Shown: piece by piece, positions 60,907-64,000 of the stretch
How positions within the stretch are numbered: position 1 is the stretch's first letter
Layout of the letters: the number at the start of each line of letters is the position of its first letter
From: an uncultured Thermoproteaceae archaeon
GTDB lineage: Archaea > Thermoproteota > Thermoprotei > Thermoproteales > Thermocladiaceae
Direction: 5' to 3'
NCBI GenBank assembly: GCA_964575955.1
Contig: CAZNTG010000006.1
Location: forward strand, 224,001-288,000
Length of the DNA stretch: 64,000 nt
Notes under the pieces: model-generated
What the model was told of the DNA's origin: nothing
The model's input: the letters and a program-made list of their open reading frames with translations, nothing else
Databases searched by the model: none
Made by a program: the position numbers and the translations under genes

Positions 60907-61593
60907 TTGAGATGGAAAACTCACATAAAAATACTTAAACTAGTACTTCAATACTTGAACATTAATATTGATAAAGAATTTTTAAGAGGACTTTTTAGAG
61001 GTATAGTAGATCCAGATATAAGACATGATATAGATATTAAAAATAGAAAAATAGTAAAACAACATAGTGAAAATGTTAAAAAATTAATAAAATACTATAC
61101 ACAACTATCAATACACCTGTATCTTAGAGGCAGGAGAGAGGATGCAGGAATATCTCTTGGAAGAGCTATACACTACGCACATGATATGTTACTAAAGACT
61201 AGAAAATATCTAATACTAGACATACATGATAAAATTGAATATGAGATAGATAGAGAGTGTAATAATGTAGATATGAGATTTGTGAAAGAATGTATAGAAA
61301 AGTCAAGTATAAAGAAGTCAAATGATCCATATAAAGTCCTCTGTTCATCTATAAAGATGACATATGTAATACTAAAATACTTCATAGATAATGTATTTTA
61401 TAGAAAGTGGTTAAGGTATGTAATCTATACAACATGTATATACTCTATGTACATAGTTATATGCTTAACATTTTTAAAATCTATAATATTTACAATACCT
61501 GTAGTATCAGCTATATTTTTAATATTAGTAATGTTGAAAATTAGATTTATATTATTTAAGCCTAGATTAAAAAATATTAAGACTGTGATTTAG
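60907..61593 (+). CDS. Zinc-dependent phospholipase C/P1 nuclease-like protein with C-terminal TM
   Basis: MRWKTH, VDPD, LGRAIHYAHD, IHDKIE. Confidence 0.65.
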   Translation: MRWKTHIKILKLVLQYLNINIDKEFLRGLFRGIVDPDIRHDIDIKNRKIVKQHSENVKKLIKYYTQLSIHLYLRGRREDAGISLGRAIHYAHDMLLKTRKYLILDIHDKIEYEIDRECNNVDMRFVKECIEKSSIKKSNDPYKVLCSSIKMTYVILKYFIDNVFYRKWLRYVIYTTCIYSMYIVICLTFLKSIIFTIPVVSAIFLILVMLKIRFILFKPRLKNIKTVI

Positions 61594-63527
61594 ACTTTCA
61601 AAATCTTTATATTTGGAGTTTCTAAATTTCTAACCTTATCTATTATACTTGGTGCTGGATCTATTATATTTCTAGGTCTTGTATCGTATATTACTATGCT
61701 TGTGCCATGTTTCAATAATTTTTCTATTAGAATAATACAATCCTCCTGTGGATTATTCCATAGTGGTACATTACATTTACCATCAGTTATTATATGAATA
61801 TTTACTCTAGTGTTCTTATCTTTTCTATACCACTTAACTACAATTTCTAATGCTTTAAGTAGTGCTAATGCGAGTGGTGTAGTTCCACCTGAAGGTAGAT
61901 TATCTACAAGATTATATGCATACTCTACATGTCTTGTAGGTTCTAGAAGTATTTTAGCATCTTTCTTTTGAAACACTATTAGGGATATATAACATTTATC
62001 TATATAACTCTTTTCAGCAATTTTCTTAACAACTCCCTTAGCTACTGCAATTCTCTTCATAAAATTCATACTACCACTCAAGTCTAGTAGTATTATGTTT
62101 AGTGATTTAACTTTACTAGATCTAATGCATGTCTTAACATATGTTAAAGGTATTGGAAAACTTATCTGACCACTGTTTAATATTTTACTCTTAATAGTTT
62201 CATATATATCGACATGTTGTGTATATATGTCTTTTATAGGTATTGAATCAATTTTTAAACCATTATCAGATGTTCCAACTACTCTACTTCTAAATCTTCT
62301 ACTTCTATGTCTAGCTTCTAATATTCTAGTCTTAAAATCTTTAAAATATTCGAAATTTAGATCGATATCTTGTATAGGTTTAATATTCATATCTCTACTA
62401 TCTATACCTGTACCTGTAGGTTGTATATTTCTAGATTTTTCTTCAATATTCTTATCTACGTCATCTATATTCTTGATATTTTTTCTTATATTTTCTACAT
62501 CTTTTCCTGAATTATCTTTTCGAAAGGGGGTTTCAGGTTGTGTGAATGGTCTACTCTTAATTCTGTGTGGTAGTGTTAGTTCCATTGCTTTTTTCAAATC
62601 TTCAAATGTTACTTTTCTACGTTCATCTAATGCTGCTATTGCTTTTGCAGCTCTTACTGTCGTTATTTCAGCTCTTGATGTTTTTATTCCGAGTTCTACT
62701 ATTGTCTTTGTTAATATTTTGAGGAGATCTTCATCGATTTCAACTTCTGGTAGTATTTCTCTAGCTTTCTTAATTCTATTTCTCAAATTTTCTATTTCAG
62801 GTTCGTATTTTCTGTAGAAACTCTCTGGATCAGCTTGCCATTCTTCAACTCTTCTAACAATTTCAGCTCTAATATCTGGATCTAGTGGTGCTTCAACATT
62901 TACTACAAGTCCAAACCTGTCTAGTAGTTGTGGTCTTAATTCACCTTCTTCAGGATTCATACTTCCTATAAGTATGAAGCGTGCTGGATGTCTCACTGAT
63001 ACACCTTCACGTTCGACAATGTTCCAACCTGTAGCAGCAACATCGAGTAGTGTATCTACAATATAGTCATCTAGTAGATTTACCTCATCTATATATAGTA
63101 TGTTTCTATTTGCTTCAGCTAGAAGTCCAGGTTTGAAATCTACAACACCTTCTTTCAAAAACTTCTCAATATTTATAGTACCTACAAGTCTTTCAATACT
63201 GATACTTAATGGTAAATCTATAACTCTCATCTTCCTATACGTTATAGGTAGCTCTTCACCACGTACATATCTCTCATAACATCTATCACACATGTATCTA
63301 GGATCGTCAGGATCACATGAAAATATACAGTCAGAAACAGCCTTAATCTCAGGAAGAACATCTGCAAGAGCTCTAACCATTGTAGTCTTACCTGTACCTT
63401 TATCACCTCTAAGAAGAACACCACCAACAGACGGATTTACAGAAGCTATTAGAAGTGCAAGTTTAGCTTTCTCATGACCAACTATAGCTGGAAATGGAAA
63501 TATTGGTCTTCGTCTAAACTCTACCAC
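61590..63527 (-). CDS. ChlI/ChlD-type AAA+ chelatase subunit fused to vWA domain
   Basis: FPFPAIVG, GDKGTGKT, LYIDEVNLL, MNPEEGELRPQLLDRF, DLSGSM, GGTTPL, ITDG. Confidence 0.88.
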   Translation of the reverse strand: MVEFRRRPIFPFPAIVGHEKAKLALLIASVNPSVGGVLLRGDKGTGKTTMVRALADVLPEIKAVSDCIFSCDPDDPRYMCDRCYERYVRGEELPITYRKMRVIDLPLSISIERLVGTINIEKFLKEGVVDFKPGLLAEANRNILYIDEVNLLDDYIVDTLLDVAATGWNIVEREGVSVRHPARFILIGSMNPEEGELRPQLLDRFGLVVNVEAPLDPDIRAEIVRRVEEWQADPESFYRKYEPEIENLRNRIKKAREILPEVEIDEDLLKILTKTIVELGIKTSRAEITTVRAAKAIAALDERRKVTFEDLKKAMELTLPHRIKSRPFTQPETPFRKDNSGKDVENIRKNIKNIDDVDKNIEEKSRNIQPTGTGIDSRDMNIKPIQDIDLNFEYFKDFKTRILEARHRSRRFRSRVVGTSDNGLKIDSIPIKDIYTQHVDIYETIKSKILNSGQISFPIPLTYVKTCIRSSKVKSLNIILLDLSGSMNFMKRIAVAKGVVKKIAEKSYIDKCYISLIVFQKKDAKILLEPTRHVEYAYNLVDNLPSGGTTPLALALLKALEIVVKWYRKDKNTRVNIHIITDGKCNVPLWNNPQEDCIILIEKLLKHGTSIVIYDTRPRNIIDPAPSIIDKVRNLETPNIKILKV

Positions 63528-63545
63528 AAAACAATATAATAAGGA

Positions 63546-63986
63546 CTAACTTAAAAAGTATTGCCTTATCTCAAAAAATCCATCTGACATAGATGAACTA
63601 AGAATAACTATGTCAAACCTGTCAGGAATCGTAAAAATACATTGAGCAACACTACATAAAGCATAATTTAGCAAACTAACTCTATCACTAATATATAGCT
63701 CAATTATTGGATATCTAAGTATAATCTTACCAACGTTACTATCATAGCTATATTTCGTAATTATTAAATCAGCATCTCTAACATTATTAACAAGTTTAAA
63801 ATTAGAGAAATATCTACTAACTATACTACAAATCTTATCACAACCATCTACATATATCTTAAACATTCTCTTCTTAAAAACATCTTTAACATATCTAATA
63901 TCTGAAGAATATTCAATACATAGCTTTAACTTAGCTATGAAGTATTCAATACATTCATAATACTTATCTCTACATGTAGATATCAC
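63546..63986 (-). CDS. Hypothetical protein
   Basis: 146-aa ORF upstream of the chelatase; could extend beyond the window. Confidence 0.5.
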   Translation of the reverse strand: MISTCRDKYYECIEYFIAKLKLCIEYSSDIRYVKDVFKKRMFKIYVDGCDKICSIVSRYFSNFKLVNNVRDADLIITKYSYDSNVGKIILRYPIIELYISDRVSLLNYALCSVAQCIFTIPDRFDIVILSSSMSDGFFEIRQYFLS

Positions 63987-64000
63987 CTTACCTGAATTTA

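Overview
AT-rich (roughly one-third G+C, judged by eye) archaeal chromosomal window, most consistent with a hyperthermophilic Thermoproteota/Thermoproteales-like organism: archaeal EF-2, uL13/uS9/uS4/uS11, scattered A-type ATPase genes, TATA boxes about 25 nt before leaderless start codons, and GC-rich tRNAs with encoded CCA. It carries a compact dissimilatory sulfite reduction module (uroporphyrinogen methyltransferase, dsrK, dsrM, dsrC, dsrA, dsrB, HTH regulator, dsrN-like amidase). In this module dsrA and dsrB are head-to-head around a perfect 18-bp mirror-image promoter, and the same mirror-promoter design separates cbiM from cbiNQO. Other genes cover the Ahb heme route, AOR, ilvBNC/leuA, porB, nadXCA, purECQ, ubiD/menA, hisF, lysJ, FAU-1 and a ChlI/D-type chelatase. 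Non-coding RNAs read directly from the sequence: tRNA-Glu(TTC), tRNA-Leu(CAA), seven box C/D guide sRNAs (two back-to-back pairs, and one matching the tRNA-Glu in this window) and one K-turn/ACA hairpin. Accessory oddities are a stand-alone MtrA-like corrinoid protein, a free-standing LAGLIDADG-like protein, a dockerin-bearing metallopeptidase cassette between rps4 and rps11, a catalytically altered AEP primase-like gene, a structured uORF leader ahead of ilvB, and kb-scale alternating T/G-rich and A/C-rich blocks that ignore gene boundaries. No CRISPR array, integrase or transposase was seen. All calls come from motif recognition, without database searches.
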